Source: TPA_inf: Saccharomyces (Eukaryota). Taken from it: a stretch of DNA of 64,000 bases. A program made the position numbers and the translations under genes. The notes beneath the pieces were generated by a model, which was not told where the DNA came from, made no database searches, and saw nothing but the letters and a program-made list of their open reading frames with translations. The DNA lies in contig BK006938.2 of assembly GCA_000146045.2 (NCBI GenBank), positions 512,001-576,000 on the forward strand. Direction: 5' to 3'. How positions within the stretch are numbered: the first letter of the stretch is position 1; each line of letters starts with the position of its first letter. Below are positions 34,642 through 46,510 of this stretch, piece by piece.

Positions 34642-35628
34642 ATGCCTGCCCCTCAAGATCCAAGGAATCTTCCAATTAGACAACAAATGGAAGCTCTTAT
34701 CCGTCGCAAACAAGCTGAAATCACGCAAGGTTTGGAATCCATCGATACTGTTAAGTTCCACGCTGATACTTGGACCCGTGGTAACGATGGTGGTGGTGGT
34801 ACCTCTATGGTTATCCAAGACGGTACAACTTTCGAAAAAGGTGGTGTTAATGTCTCCGTTGTTTATGGTCAATTGAGCCCAGCGGCCGTTTCAGCCATGA
34901 AAGCTGATCATAAGAATCTGCGTCTACCAGAAGATCCAAAGACTGGTTTGCCAGTTACCGACGGTGTCAAGTTCTTCGCTTGTGGTTTAAGTATGGTCAT
35001 TCATCCCGTTAACCCACACGCTCCAACCACGCACTTAAACTACCGTTACTTCGAAACTTGGAACCAAGATGGGACCCCACAAACTTGGTGGTTTGGTGGT
35101 GGTGCTGATTTGACACCTTCTTACTTATACGAAGAAGACGGTCAATTATTCCACCAACTGCACAAGGATGCCTTGGACAAGCACGACACTGCTTTGTACC
35201 CACGTTTCAAGAAATGGTGTGATGAGTACTTCTACATTACCCACCGTAAGGAAACACGTGGTATTGGTGGTATATTCTTTGACGATTATGATGAACGTGA
35301 CCCACAAGAAATATTGAAGATGGTTGAAGACTGTTTCGATGCTTTCTTGCCATCCTACTTGACTATCGTCAAGAGAAGAAAAGATATGCCATATACAAAG
35401 GAAGAACAACAATGGCAGGCCATTAGACGTGGTAGATACGTTGAATTCAACTTAATCTACGATAGAGGTACCCAATTCGGTTTGAGAACCCCAGGCTCTA
35501 GAGTTGAGTCAATTTTGATGAGTTTGCCTGAACATGCTTCATGGTTATACAACCACCACCCTGCTCCTGGTTCCAGAGAAGCTAAATTACTAGAAGTTAC
35601 CACCAAACCAAGAGAGTGGGTTAAATAA
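34642..35628 (+). CDS. HEM13: Coproporphyrinogen III oxidase (oxygen-dependent), 328 aa
   Basis: [33 protein letters not shown]...; conserved CPO family sequence is recognised. Confidence 0.9.
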
Positions 35629-35977
35629 TTCAAGGTTCTTTAGCAGACCGATTTTATGATCTCAATGACAATGATGATTTAATTATTTCGACCACTTATT
35701 TATACATTTTTTTATCTATTTATTATACCTCCTTTACATAATTCTTCAAATTCAATTGATACAGGATCTCTATTCTTAAAAATATTAATTATTGCGTCCT
35801 ATTTATGATGCAAGTTCACAGTACGTGCAGGATCAAAAATTATATCAGTATCTATTGCTCTAAAAATATGGCAGCAGCCTTCATTCTCAATATGCGATCA
35901 TGCCTTCTAATCAAATTTTAAGATGTTTTTATTACTCTTTTTATTCTTAGAAAATTCATCTTATATTCAAGGACTTC

Positions 35978-36310
35978 TTAATTTTCCTTCCATCTATGAC
36001 CACAGTTTACACACTTATAAAAGGTAGTCATCGGCTCATCAGCTGACCTAATTTGTAGTTGGAAAAAGTAAGCACTCTCACCACCACAAGTATCATAATT
36101 GGGACATTGGGTTTTGGTTTGATCCACATTGTCCCAACCACCACCAAGAACATCATCAACTTCCTTTCTTGGAAGTTTCTTCCTATCATAGATTTCTATA
36201 CCCTCTATAGGAAACTCATATGGACATGAACGGCATGCTAATGTATATACACCACTATCGCCACTCGTTATCAGTAGCATATTGTTACACGAAGGACAAA
36301 ACGAAAGCAT
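35978..36310 (-). CDS. RPC11: RNA polymerase III subunit C11 (TFIIS-like zinc ribbon, RNA cleavage), 110 aa
   Basis: N-terminal CPSCNN...C zinc ribbon and C-terminal CxxC...CVNCGH ribbon; 110 aa. Confidence 0.85.
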   Translation of the reverse strand: MLSFCPSCNNMLLITSGDSGVYTLACRSCPYEFPIEGIEIYDRKKLPRKEVDDVLGGGWDNVDQTKTQCPNYDTCGGESAYFFQLQIRSADEPMTTFYKCVNCGHRWKEN

Positions 36311-36761
36311 CCTAAATTATGTATTTTACGTTTTACCAATGAATGCGAACTCTTTTGCTTATATAGCCATATAACGTATGCGTTTTCCAGAAAGAAGATT
36401 CTCGGTTATGCTTTTGGATAAAACTTTTCCTACTGTTCTTTTGAACTGGATTTGAATTTTATATCGATCATCTTGCCATGTAATAATAGATGTCCAAAAA
36501 TTTCATCTGCCATTTTTTTATTTTCCCGTTCGTTCACTTGCTCTAGTTTTTTTTTTTTTTTTTTTCAATACTCGGATTTGAAAATGTTAATGGGAGTGGC
36601 GCTAAAAACCTTCATCTGTAGTTGAATGCTATGACATGAGCAACACAAAATCATTTAGACAACGTTGAGTAAGGTGGTTCGGTCCGAACAACAGTTTCAT
36701 GCTTGTGTTACTTCGTTTATGAATATAATATACAAATATTTAAAATGCTATTTATTATGCA

Positions 36762-38576
36762 CTAACACCAAAATTTGTAGACTCTGACGAATATTGAAGA
36801 GTTCTTTAACCTTTCTTTATTTTCTTCGTCCTCCTGCCTCATTATTTCAGGGTCGTAAACTCTTCTATGAAAGTCCAAGTCGATCTTGTCCAGTGGGTTT
36901 AAAAAGGTAAAATCTCTTTTGTAAACCATGTATCCAACATACATGAATATCCATAGCGGGGCAGCCAGATAACTCTCGAAGAATGCCTGAGCATCACACT
37001 TTCCGCCATTTCCTATTGGAGACAGTGCGACCCAAAATTGGGCCATAAAGACAAGCATATTGAAAAAAACCCCATAGTATGAACCCCATATACCGGTATT
37101 GGCCTTATAGCCGACTTCATCAAGTGATCTTCCTTGGACTTTCATCGCTTTTCTGAATCGAATGTGTGAAAGCATAATGCCTGACCATGTGAAAAGTTCA
37201 CTCAAACCTGCAATGGCTGCCAACCATGTAAATGCTTGCTCTTCCTGTGGAGAACAGGCGACGAAGCCAACGACACCAACAAGAGAGCACACTACCAAGG
37301 CCCTTAAAGGTCTTCCCTCCCTATCAATATAGTTCAAAAATTTTGGAGCATAGCCCTGTTGAGCCAAGGAACACATTAATCTCGGTGCGGCATAAAGGGC
37401 AGAGTTCGCAACAGAGATGACTGATATCAAAATAACAGCATTAATGATATGGGGGATGACCCTAACCTTGTGAATAGAGGCTGCCAAGACATATGGTGAA
37501 GCGTGCGTTGCGGAGCCACCGGAACCCATCAATTGATCGTTATTGTGAGGAACATTGAACCCAATTAGAATCATTGTCAGCAAATAAATGATCAAAATAC
37601 GATATACACTTCTCTTCGCGGCTACAGGAGTGGATTTTCTAGGGTTAGACTGCTCATTGATGGAAAGAACAAATAATTCAATACCACCGAAGGAGAAATA
37701 TGCAGATACTAGAATATAACATATCCCTTTGAAACGAGTGGCACCGCTGCCTTCTGCAAATGAACCAGGGTCGCGCCAATATTTGCCGCCAATATAGCCG
37801 TCCACACCGGCTCCCCCACAATTGATGACGACTGATAAAATAATGAATCCTGCAACCATCAATATCTTACAGGAATTGAAGATAAATTCCGTTTCACCGT
37901 ATGCCTTAACACCAAAAAAGTGGATAAACAATAAAAACACATAGAAAATGACAATGAATACATCAGCATTAATTGTGTCATTCCAGTACTTGACGGTCAT
38001 GGAAGAAGTAATCAATTCCAACGGTAGCACAGTTAACCACTGAATGCAAAATAACCAAGTGGTCGCGAACCCAAACGACTTTGAAATAAAGATTGAATTG
38101 TATGCATTGAAGTTACCTGGAAGCGTCGGATAAGTGACACCCATCTCACCAGCCGCTTGGACCATAAAATACGTGACGAAGGACACCATAACGTAACCGA
38201 TGACTAAAGACCCCGGGCCTGCAAGACTCAAACCTTTGGCGTTGGCAACTAGAAGACCTGTTCCTATCCCTGTACCTAAAGACATCATTACAACATGTCT
38301 AGATTTCATTGACTTTTTTAAGTGGTTATTAGATTTCATCGATTTGGTACCATCCTCCAAGTCATTGTCTTCTTCTAAACGTTGGCTTTCGGCTCTTCTG
38401 AATGAGTCGACGAATCTGTGAACTAACCCATTGCGAGATTCCTCAGAATGTTCCTTAATCTCCGGAGTTAGTGAAGCTGTTGTTGATGTATTGAAGTTAT
38501 TATATAAAGCAGAGTCTGTTACTTCAAACTCTGCACTTTTTTCCATTTTGGAAGACGTTACTATAGGATCTGACAT
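36762..38576 (-). CDS. BAP3: Amino-acid permease of the APC/AAP family (branched-chain and other amino acids), 604 aa, 12 TM
   Basis: 604-aa ORF with AAP-family signature. The sequence and position are recognised. Confidence 0.85.
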   Translation of the reverse strand: MSDPIVTSSKMEKSAEFEVTDSALYNNFNTSTTASLTPEIKEHSEESRNGLVHRFVDSFRRAESQRLEEDNDLEDGTKSMKSNNHLKKSMKSRHVVMMSLGTGIGTGLLVANAKGLSLAGPGSLVIGYVMVSFVTYFMVQAAGEMGVTYPTLPGNFNAYNSIFISKSFGFATTWLFCIQWLTVLPLELITSSMTVKYWNDTINADVFIVIFYVFLLFIHFFGVKAYGETEFIFNSCKILMVAGFIILSVVINCGGAGVDGYIGGKYWRDPGSFAEGSGATRFKGICYILVSAYFSFGGIELFVLSINEQSNPRKSTPVAAKRSVYRILIIYLLTMILIGFNVPHNNDQLMGSGGSATHASPYVLAASIHKVRVIPHIINAVILISVISVANSALYAAPRLMCSLAQQGYAPKFLNYIDREGRPLRALVVCSLVGVVGFVACSPQEEQAFTWLAAIAGLSELFTWSGIMLSHIRFRKAMKVQGRSLDEVGYKANTGIWGSYYGVFFNMLVFMAQFWVALSPIGNGGKCDAQAFFESYLAAPLWIFMYVGYMVYKRDFTFLNPLDKIDLDFHRRVYDPEIMRQEDEENKERLKNSSIFVRVYKFWC

Positions 38577-38929
38577 TACCTTAGGGGAAAGAAAATATTA
38601 AGAAACAATATCTTACTTCGCCAATCCATCAATAGTAACCACGCTAATTACAACGTAGTTTTTAATGCCCGGTTTTTCCGATTTACCACAAGGAAACGCA
38701 AGAACAAACTACATACTGCCACTGAAATGAATTTCACTGCTAATATATCTATCCTTTAGCGAAAAAGACAAGATCAACAGAGGCGCCAGAAAAAGGCAAT
38801 TATGACTAAAAAAAAAACTGTGTAAACCTGGGGATGGTAGCTGAACTACTTGCAGTCGAAAATGACCGCATATTTTACTGTCATGCTTCTGTCAAGAAAA
38901 ACGAGCCTTGGATGAGAGCTTTCGTTGAT

Positions 38930-38995
38930 CGCGGCTCGAAGTTCAGGTAGAGAAATATAGCAGAGCTCTTTTCGCGGAGCCGCATGCACGGCTAC
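38930..38995 (-). promoter_or_regulatory. Candidate SPS-sensor/Stp1-Stp2 UAS-aa in the BAP3 promoter: CGGCTC (38934-38939), inverted GAGCCG (38979-38984) and the dyad GCCG-catgca-CGGC (38981-38994), about -360 to -420 from the BAP3 ATG
   Basis: The motifs are read directly. BAP3 is an SPS-induced permease, and I recall its UAS-aa near -400. Confidence 0.4.
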
Positions 38996-39859
38996 ATTAA
39001 AAGGTGTCCTTCCAGCTCAGCGATATGTGTCGGCCGGAAAAAAAAAGCACGCATCCGGCAAGCACACTAGTAAGTCTAATGCAGGATGAAGAAACGAAGA
39101 AGGTGCCATGAGAAGGAAAATAAAACTCAATGGGACGGAACGGCAGCATTTTTTAACAAATTATTTTGGATTCATCCGTAACAATATAACTTGGTACGGG
39201 AACGGCATGTTTTAAATGCACAGCGGTGCCTTGTTTCGCCGTGGATTGTTAAAGGCTCTTTTTCGGACGCCACATATTCCTATGCTGCACCAGCAATTGG
39301 TGTCTTCGGATCATACTACTTCGCACTAGTTTATATTCAAGGCTTTTAATGGAGCTTCGCTCTTAAAAGAAAAAACTTCTTTACTTCCATGCGCGCGTTT
39401 TTGGCGTACGTAGCACTGCGAAAGAGTGGGTGATATATAGAGAACATGTTGTAGTATACGTACGCGGGCAATTGTGGTGACAGTATCTCTTTCTGTTAGC
39501 AAGTAATATATCCTTGGCCTCAACCTGTCAATAGTGTTAGTTTATCCGCCATCTTGGCGCTATCATACACGATCTTTTTCAATGTTTCTCGTATATACAG
39601 GACAGGGTTCGGGGTTTTTGGCGGCAGGAGAGGAAAGCAAAAAAAAATGAGGCAAGAGTTTTAATTTTGCCAGCGAAATGTTCTGCCATTTTCATCTTTA
39701 CCGCTCGAATTAGTGATGTTCCAGACGAAGGTAACATAGAGTGATCGATAGGTTCTTCAATTCATCAAGCATTATCTCAGAATTGTGTTTGGTAAGCTCT
39801 CTTCGAGAAAAGGAAGAACAAAAAAAAAAAAAATAAAGCAAAGAACAGGTTATAACGCT

Positions 39860-40948
39860 ATGGGTAACTTTCCAGCTCCAAAAAACGATTTGATATTGAG
39901 AGCCGCAAAGGGTGAAAAAGTCGAGAGACCGCCATGCTGGATAATGCGCCAGGCAGGTCGTTACCTGCCGGAATATCACGAGGTGAAAAACAATCGTGAT
40001 TTCTTTCAAACTTGCAGGGATGCGGAAATTGCTTCTGAGATTACTATCCAGCCGGTAAGACGCTATAGAGGCCTCATTGATGCTGCTATTATTTTTAGTG
40101 ATATCTTAGTTATTCCGCAAGCCATGGGTATGAGGGTCGAGATGCTCGAAGGTAAAGGTCCACATTTCCCAGAACCTTTAAGAAATCCGGAAGACCTCCA
40201 AACGGTATTAGACTACAAGGTTGATGTTTTGAAAGAGTTAGATTGGGCTTTCAAGGCAATCACCATGACAAGGATCAAGTTGGATGGTGAGGTTCCCTTA
40301 TTTGGCTTTTGCGGGGGACCTTGGACTCTAATGGTTTATATGACGGAAGGCGGTGGATCCCGTCTTTTCAGATTTGCCAAACAATGGATTAACATGTATC
40401 CAGAGCTTTCTCACAAATTATTACAAAAAATCACTGATGTGGCCGTGGAGTTTCTGAGTCAGCAAGTCGTGGCGGGTGCTCAAATACTACAAGTTTTTGA
40501 AAGTTGGGGTGGTGAGCTTTCGTCTGTAGATTTTGATGAGTTTTCCCTACCATATTTAAGACAAATTGCCGAAAGAGTGCCTAAAAGATTGCAAGAATTA
40601 GGTATCATGGAACAGATTCCTATGATCGTTTTTGCGAAAGGGTCGTGGTATGCTTTGGACAAGCTATGCTGTTCAGGATTTGACGTTGTTTCGTTGGACT
40701 GGTCCTGGGACCCAAGAGAAGCGGTAAAAATAAACAAGAACCGTGTCACCTTGCAGGGCAACCTGGATCCTGGCGTCATGTATGGTTCTAAAGAGGTAAT
40801 AACAAAGAAAGTTAAACAGATGATTGAGGCTTTTGGAGGTGGGAAGTCCCGCTACATTGTTAATTTCGGTCACGGTACCCACCCTTTCATGGATCCAGAC
40901 GTCATCAAGTTTTTCTTGGAGGAGTGCCACAGAATTGGTTCGAAGTAA
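39860..40948 (+). CDS. HEM12: Uroporphyrinogen decarboxylase, 362 aa
   Basis: [39 protein letters not shown]... URO-D family signature. The start is the internal ATG 39860; the ORF-track ORF from 39785 runs through a poly(A) leader. Confidence 0.9.
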
Positions 40949-41253
40949 TGTGGAAATATTGATTCTTATAGTGTTATAAGTGATAATATACGTTTATGTA
41001 AATAATATCTTTTTCACAACGTTCAAAAGTGGCCTTTTTTCTTTTTTCGATATTCTGTATATTTATTACGATTTTTTTTTTTTTCAGATATTTATTTTTG
41101 CAGGTTCTCTGAATGGATGTAGTGACAAAATCTTAAATAGAAGAAAATAAAAGATGAAGGTATATGAAAATAAATGAGAATGCATATCACCTTTCCTTCG
41201 AAGAAAAAGGATTTTCAAAAGATCTGCACGCCTGTTGACAAGCTTCCAATAGC

Positions 41254-43152
41254 ATGAATTCACAAAAGGCGAGTAAAATGACTGGCTCACTAAAAAAGAA
41301 TGATCTTTATATTTTTGATTTGTCTGAGCAACTTCTGAATTCATTGAAATTGATGAGCTTTGACTCCACACTGCGAGAAGTTGAAGTAGAGAAGACATCT
41401 GATAATGATAGAAACAAGGAGTCTGGAGATCTCCAAATAGCAAGAAAGAAGGTCACATCAAATGTTATGCGTTGTAGTGTTTGTCAAATGAGCTTTGATT
41501 CCAGAAATGAACAAAAGGCCCACTACCAGACTGATTATCATTTGATGAATGTTAAGCGTAACCTTAGGGGGCTGGATATCCTATCCGTTGAGGAATTCGA
41601 TGCGCTGATTTCTAAGGAGCATGGTATCAAGTCTGAAGACGAAAATTCTGGCGGCGAGCAAACTTCAAGCGATCACGAAGAAAGTGAGGAAGCCAGCGAT
41701 CGGGACCCGGACCTACAAACTAATAATTATATGGAAACTATAATCGAAAATGATTTGCAGAAATTAGGGTTCCAAAAAGACGAGTCGGATGCTATTAGCC
41801 ATATTAATACCCAATCGCCCTACATTTATTTCAAATCGAAGTATCTTCAAAAGAATGAGGTCTTGGCGATTTATAAGTCTCTATTTAATAAAAGGAGTCT
41901 TTCCAACCCCAATGAAGCTTTGACTTTTTGGAATTCGCAAGAGAACCCAATGGCCATTTCAGCTCTGTTTATGGTGGGAGGTGGACATTTTGCGGGAGCA
42001 ATTGTTTCTCATCAAAGACTCAATGTCAAGGGGAACGCGCACAAGAAGGACGAAACCTTAATTGAGCAAGCGGTCAATTTCTTAGAGCACAAGACGTTTC
42101 ACAGGTATACTACCAGAAGGAAGCAAGGTGGTTCTCAGTCAGCAATGGACAATGCAAAGGGAAAAGCTAACTCTGCCGGTTCAGCACTTCGTAGGTACAA
42201 TGAAAGCGCTTTAAAAACAGATATACAGGGTGTGTTGAAGGACTGGGAACCTTATCTGTCAAAGTGTGATAATATTTTTATTCGAGCTCGCAATGTCAGT
42301 GATAAAAAAATTTTTACTGATAATACCGTTCTGAACAAGGGTGATGAAAGGATAAAGAGCTTCCCTTTTACCACGAACAGGCCCACTGTATTAGAATTGA
42401 AGAAGGCATGGTGCGAACTTTCCTACCTGAAAATATTACCTAAGCCTGAACCATTGGCAGTGAAAGAAACAGTACAAAAGTTAGAAGTGTCGAACAAAAA
42501 GGACGAATTTAAAGAAAAACAAGAACCGTTACTGGAAGAAATCCAAACAGAAGAAATAATTTCTCTGCTGAAGAAAGGAAGGGCACCGTTATTGATATCC
42601 TTCTTAAAAAAGAATAAGCTTGATGGAAACTTTCGGTTAAAGCCTGAGAGTAAATATTCCTTAACCCCTACCATGTTACATTATGCATCGCAGCAAGGGA
42701 TGAAACAGATGGCACTGATTTTGCTCTCAAATATTAAATGCGATCCAACGATCAAGAACAGACTAGGAAGGACTGCGTGGGATTTGAATAGAAACGACGA
42801 CGTGAGACACGCGTTTCAAATTGCAAGATACAATCTTGGAGAGTCTTTCACTAATTGGGACGAAACTCATATCGGTCAGCCATTGAGCAGAGAACAAGTT
42901 GATGAAATCAATGAAAAGAAAAAAGCAATAGAGAATGAAAAGGCAGAAAAACTGATTAAATTGGAATTAGAAGCCGCCAAGGAAAAACAAAGATTTGCTA
43001 AAGATGCAGAGAGGGGTCCAGGCAAAAAGTTAACCAATATTCCTTCAATTCAGCAACAAAATTTGAATTCTTTGACCGATGAACAGAGACGCAGATTGAT
43101 GAGAGAACAAAGGGCTAGAGCCGCAGAAGAAAGGATGAAAAAGAAATACTGA
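41254..43152 (+). CDS. VMS1: Cdc48-interacting ankyrin-repeat / zinc-finger protein (release-factor-like domain; ribosome quality control, mitochondrial stress), 632 aa
   Basis: N-terminal C2H2-like CSVCQMSF...HYQTDYH, internal ankyrin repeats and a C-terminal Arg-rich VIM-like [21 protein letters not shown]. The position matches YDR049W. Confidence 0.8.
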
Positions 43153-43725
43153 GGAATATCTCATATTCAAATTTTTAGGATTTTTCTTAGCATTTGCATA
43201 TATTTTCATAGACACAGTACTTACATTTAATAACAGTAATTGAAAAGCAATATTAAAATATAGAAGCCCAAATTTTATATTTCAAATGAATAAATGTTGT
43301 TTTTTTTGGCAATTTTTTGCTCTTCTATATAACAGTTGAAATTTGGATAAGAACATCTTCTCAACGCGAAAATGACGCCTCCAGTGAAAAAACATAAACT
43401 TTCAATGCAGTCTTCGGTACACTTATGAGTAACCCATATAGAGATCGTACACATTTTACAAGGATTTAGAGACAAAGTAATATTCTTCGTTGATATAGAG
43501 GTGTTCAATTGTTAAATGCTTTTCTTCTTTTTATTAGAAAAAGCGCCTTGCTTTTTGTTGTATCACTTGTAAATCTACCGTCCCTTACAAGAACATTCAC
43601 GAAATTTAAGTGGCTCAGAATGAAAAAGAAACAATATAAAAAAGCTTTCCGTAGTCATCAATTTATTTTACATAACACTAGATATAAAGAAAAGAAGATA
43701 ATATTTTTATATAATTATATTAATC

Positions 43726-44472
43726 TTAGTTTCTAGAGTTGATGATATCAACAAATTCTGGCTTCAAAGAAGCACCACCGACCAAGAAACCATCGACATC
43801 AGCCTTGTCCTTGAAGGTAACGGCGTTGCTACCGTTAGCGGAACCACCGTATAAGATTCTCAATTCGCTGGCAGCCTTGTCACCCAACTTGGAAGCCAAG
43901 AACTTTCTGATGGAAGCGTGAATATCTTGAGCATCTTCTGGAGTAGCAGCCAAACCGGTACCAATGGCCCAGACTGGTTCGTAAGCGACAACGACGTTAG
44001 TCCAGTCCTTAACTTCTTCCAAGACAGCGTTCAATTGTCTTTCAACAACATCCAAAGTCTTACCGGCCTTCTTTTCTTCCAAAGTTTCACCGATACACAA
44101 GATGACACCGACACCTTGACCTAAAGCGAACTTGGTCTTGTCAGCAATGAACTTGTCATCTTCGTGGAAGTAAGATCTTCTTTCGGAGTGACCCAAAATA
44201 ACCCACTTAGCACCAACATCCTTGATTTGGTCAACGGAGTTTTCACCGGTGAAAGCACCAGAAGCCTTCAAGTAGGCGTTTTGAGCACCGACAGTGACTT
44301 GTGGCTTCTTAACCAAAGAGACAGAGTAGTCTAAGTAGGTAGCTGGAGGACAGATAACAACTTCGACATTTTCTGGGATAGAAGCAGTGTTCAATCTTTC
44401 AACAATTTCCTTAATGGATTGTTTGGAACCGTTTAATTTAAAGTTACCACCGACAAAGAAAGTTCTAGCCAT
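43726..44472 (-). CDS. TPI1: Triose-phosphate isomerase, 248 aa
   Basis: [24 protein letters not shown]...[11 protein letters not shown]...; unmistakable TIM sequence. Confidence 0.95.
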
Positions 44473-44842
44473 TTTTAGTTTATGTATGTGTTTTTTGTAG
44501 TTATAGATTTAAGCAAGAAAAGAATACAAACAAAAAATTGAAAAAGATTGATTTAGAATTAAAAAGAAAAATATTTACGTAAGAAGGGAAAATAGTAAAT
44601 GTTGCAAGTTCACTAAACTCCTAAATTATGCTGCCCTTTATATTCCCTGTTACAGCAGCCGAGCCAAAGGTATATAGGCTCCTTTGCATTAGCATGCGTA
44701 ACAAACCACCTGTCAGTTTCAACCGAGGTGGTATCCGAGAGAATTGTGTGATTGCTTTAATTAATTTCGGAGAATCTCACATGCCACTGAAGATTAAAAA
44801 CTGGATGCCAGAAAAGGGGTGTCCAGGTGTAACATCAATAGA

Positions 44843-44892
44843 GGAAGCTGAAAAGTCTTAGAACGGGTAATCTTCCACCAACCTGATGGGTT
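44843..44892 (-). promoter_or_regulatory. Candidate glycolytic UAS of TPI1: Rap1-like site AACCCATCAGGT (44881-44892, minus strand) flanked by Gcr1 CTTCC motifs (44843-44847, 44872-44876); a TATATA element lies at about 44663-44670
   Basis: The motifs are read directly and lie about 370-420 bp upstream of the TPI1 ATG. A Rap1 site plus adjacent CT boxes is the established architecture of glycolytic promoters. Confidence 0.45.
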
Positions 44893-45055
44893 CCTAGATA
44901 TAATCTCGAAGGGAATAAGTAGGGTGATACCGCAGAAGTGTCTGAATGTATTAAGGTCCTCACAGTTTAAATCCCGCTCACACTAACGTAGGATTATTAT
45001 AACTCAAAAAAATGGCATTATTCTAAGTAAGTTAAATATCCGTAATCTTTAAACA

Positions 45056-46060
45056 CTATGTAGTTAGGTCTCCCTCACAATCAGTCCATTTGGGTAGCAC
45101 GGTCCTCAGGACGTATCTATTGATGGATTCGTCCAGTTCCATCACCATTACGCTCCCGTTAGGAACATTGGTAAACGATTCAAACTCTTCGTATGTCCAT
45201 CTAAACCATTTCATCAGGAATACTCTGGAATAAATACCATGTGTAACTAGGACAACAACATCTCTGGGTCTTCTCTCTTGCCTATCATGGAAGTGCCTGA
45301 ATAAAGTCTCTTGGAAACTGGCGACTCTGTCATATACATCTGCCGCACTTTCTCCATGAGGGAATCTGAAGAAGAAATGACCATACGTAGATCTCTTCTT
45401 CATAACGTCCTGCATGCTATTGATTTTTTGGAAATTACCAAAATCTTGTTCCCTTATTCTTGGCTCATCCTTAACCCGATATTGCAGATAACATTTTCCA
45501 GGCTTCCCTTCACAAATATTATCTTCATTATTTTCGTAAACACCACCAGTATTATTAAGTCCTCTCGGCCAAAATGCATGTTTCTGTTTACCATGTGGAT
45601 CATATCTCATATCTTCACATATACGAACACCACTGTTTAATTCATTATATTCATCGATGACGTCCAAAATACCTTTCAATGTTTCCCTTGCTCTTCTATA
45701 GGGTGATGTATAAAAAACTATGTTTGTGTCTTTTTCTCTACTCAGCCTGGTATAGTCCTTCAGCGGTAAAGTTCTCCTGCTACTTTCATCTTTAATATAC
45801 TTCTTAGCCAAATCCTCCACCAAGTTGTGATCGTCTACGTTTAAAACACGTAATAAGTCAATACCAGCTTGTCTAGCTTGGATTTGACCTGTTTTCGTTA
45901 AAGAAATCAGATGGTTAGGAATATAACCATTGACCTCCTTGTTTTTATTTGATTCGCTTTCCCCATGCCTTATTAGTACAATTAACCTAGGTCTGGCATT
46001 CGTAAAAGAACCGTGACTGCCAGCAACATCTTCACTAACATGAACATTCTCTTCACACAT
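45056..46060 (-). CDS. DET1: Histidine-phosphatase-superfamily acid phosphatase (decreased ergosterol transport), 334 aa
   Basis: RHGESESN phosphoglycerate-mutase-like catalytic motif. The sequence and position match YDR051C. Confidence 0.75.
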   Translation of the reverse strand: MCEENVHVSEDVAGSHGSFTNARPRLIVLIRHGESESNKNKEVNGYIPNHLISLTKTGQIQARQAGIDLLRVLNVDDHNLVEDLAKKYIKDESSRRTLPLKDYTRLSREKDTNIVFYTSPYRRARETLKGILDVIDEYNELNSGVRICEDMRYDPHGKQKHAFWPRGLNNTGGVYENNEDNICEGKPGKCYLQYRVKDEPRIREQDFGNFQKINSMQDVMKKRSTYGHFFFRFPHGESAADVYDRVASFQETLFRHFHDRQERRPRDVVVLVTHGIYSRVFLMKWFRWTYEEFESFTNVPNGSVMVMELDESINRYVLRTVLPKWTDCEGDLTT

Positions 46061-46510
46061 TTCTTTTACTAATACTCTGAGTTATTCAAATGGAATGCTG
46101 TAGCGTAAGTTCTTTTATGTTGAACCATGAATACGAGCTGCAATTAATGCAGTTGAGAACTAGCTTTTTTTTTTTCATGCCTCTCGGTCTCTGCAGGATA
46201 TCGGGTAAAAATGAAAACTGGGACATTAACCGCGGTGGGTACTCGATCATTATTTGTTCAGAATGAGTTATGATATGAACGGTAATTAATCTAGATGATA
46301 ATATATATATGTATATGTATATATATGCAATTGATAATATATGGACGAGTAAATAAGAGTTAAGTCAATAGCAAGAAAGTAACAAGGGTGAATGAGAAAG
46401 TGATTCAATAACATTGCCGTTGATAGCTTTTTTGTTCCGAGCAGCAATGGAAACGGAACAATACTATTTTGATTTTATCACTAAAAGCTACTGCACTTTA
46501 CGTCGTGTCC

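Noticed and set aside
41084-41443. 119-aa minus-strand ORF overlapping the VMS1 5-prime end (corresponds to a dubious ORF, YDR048C as I recall)
   Set aside because: It overlaps the VMS1 promoter and N-terminus, and is low-complexity and AT-rich. No domain. Classic dubious ORF.
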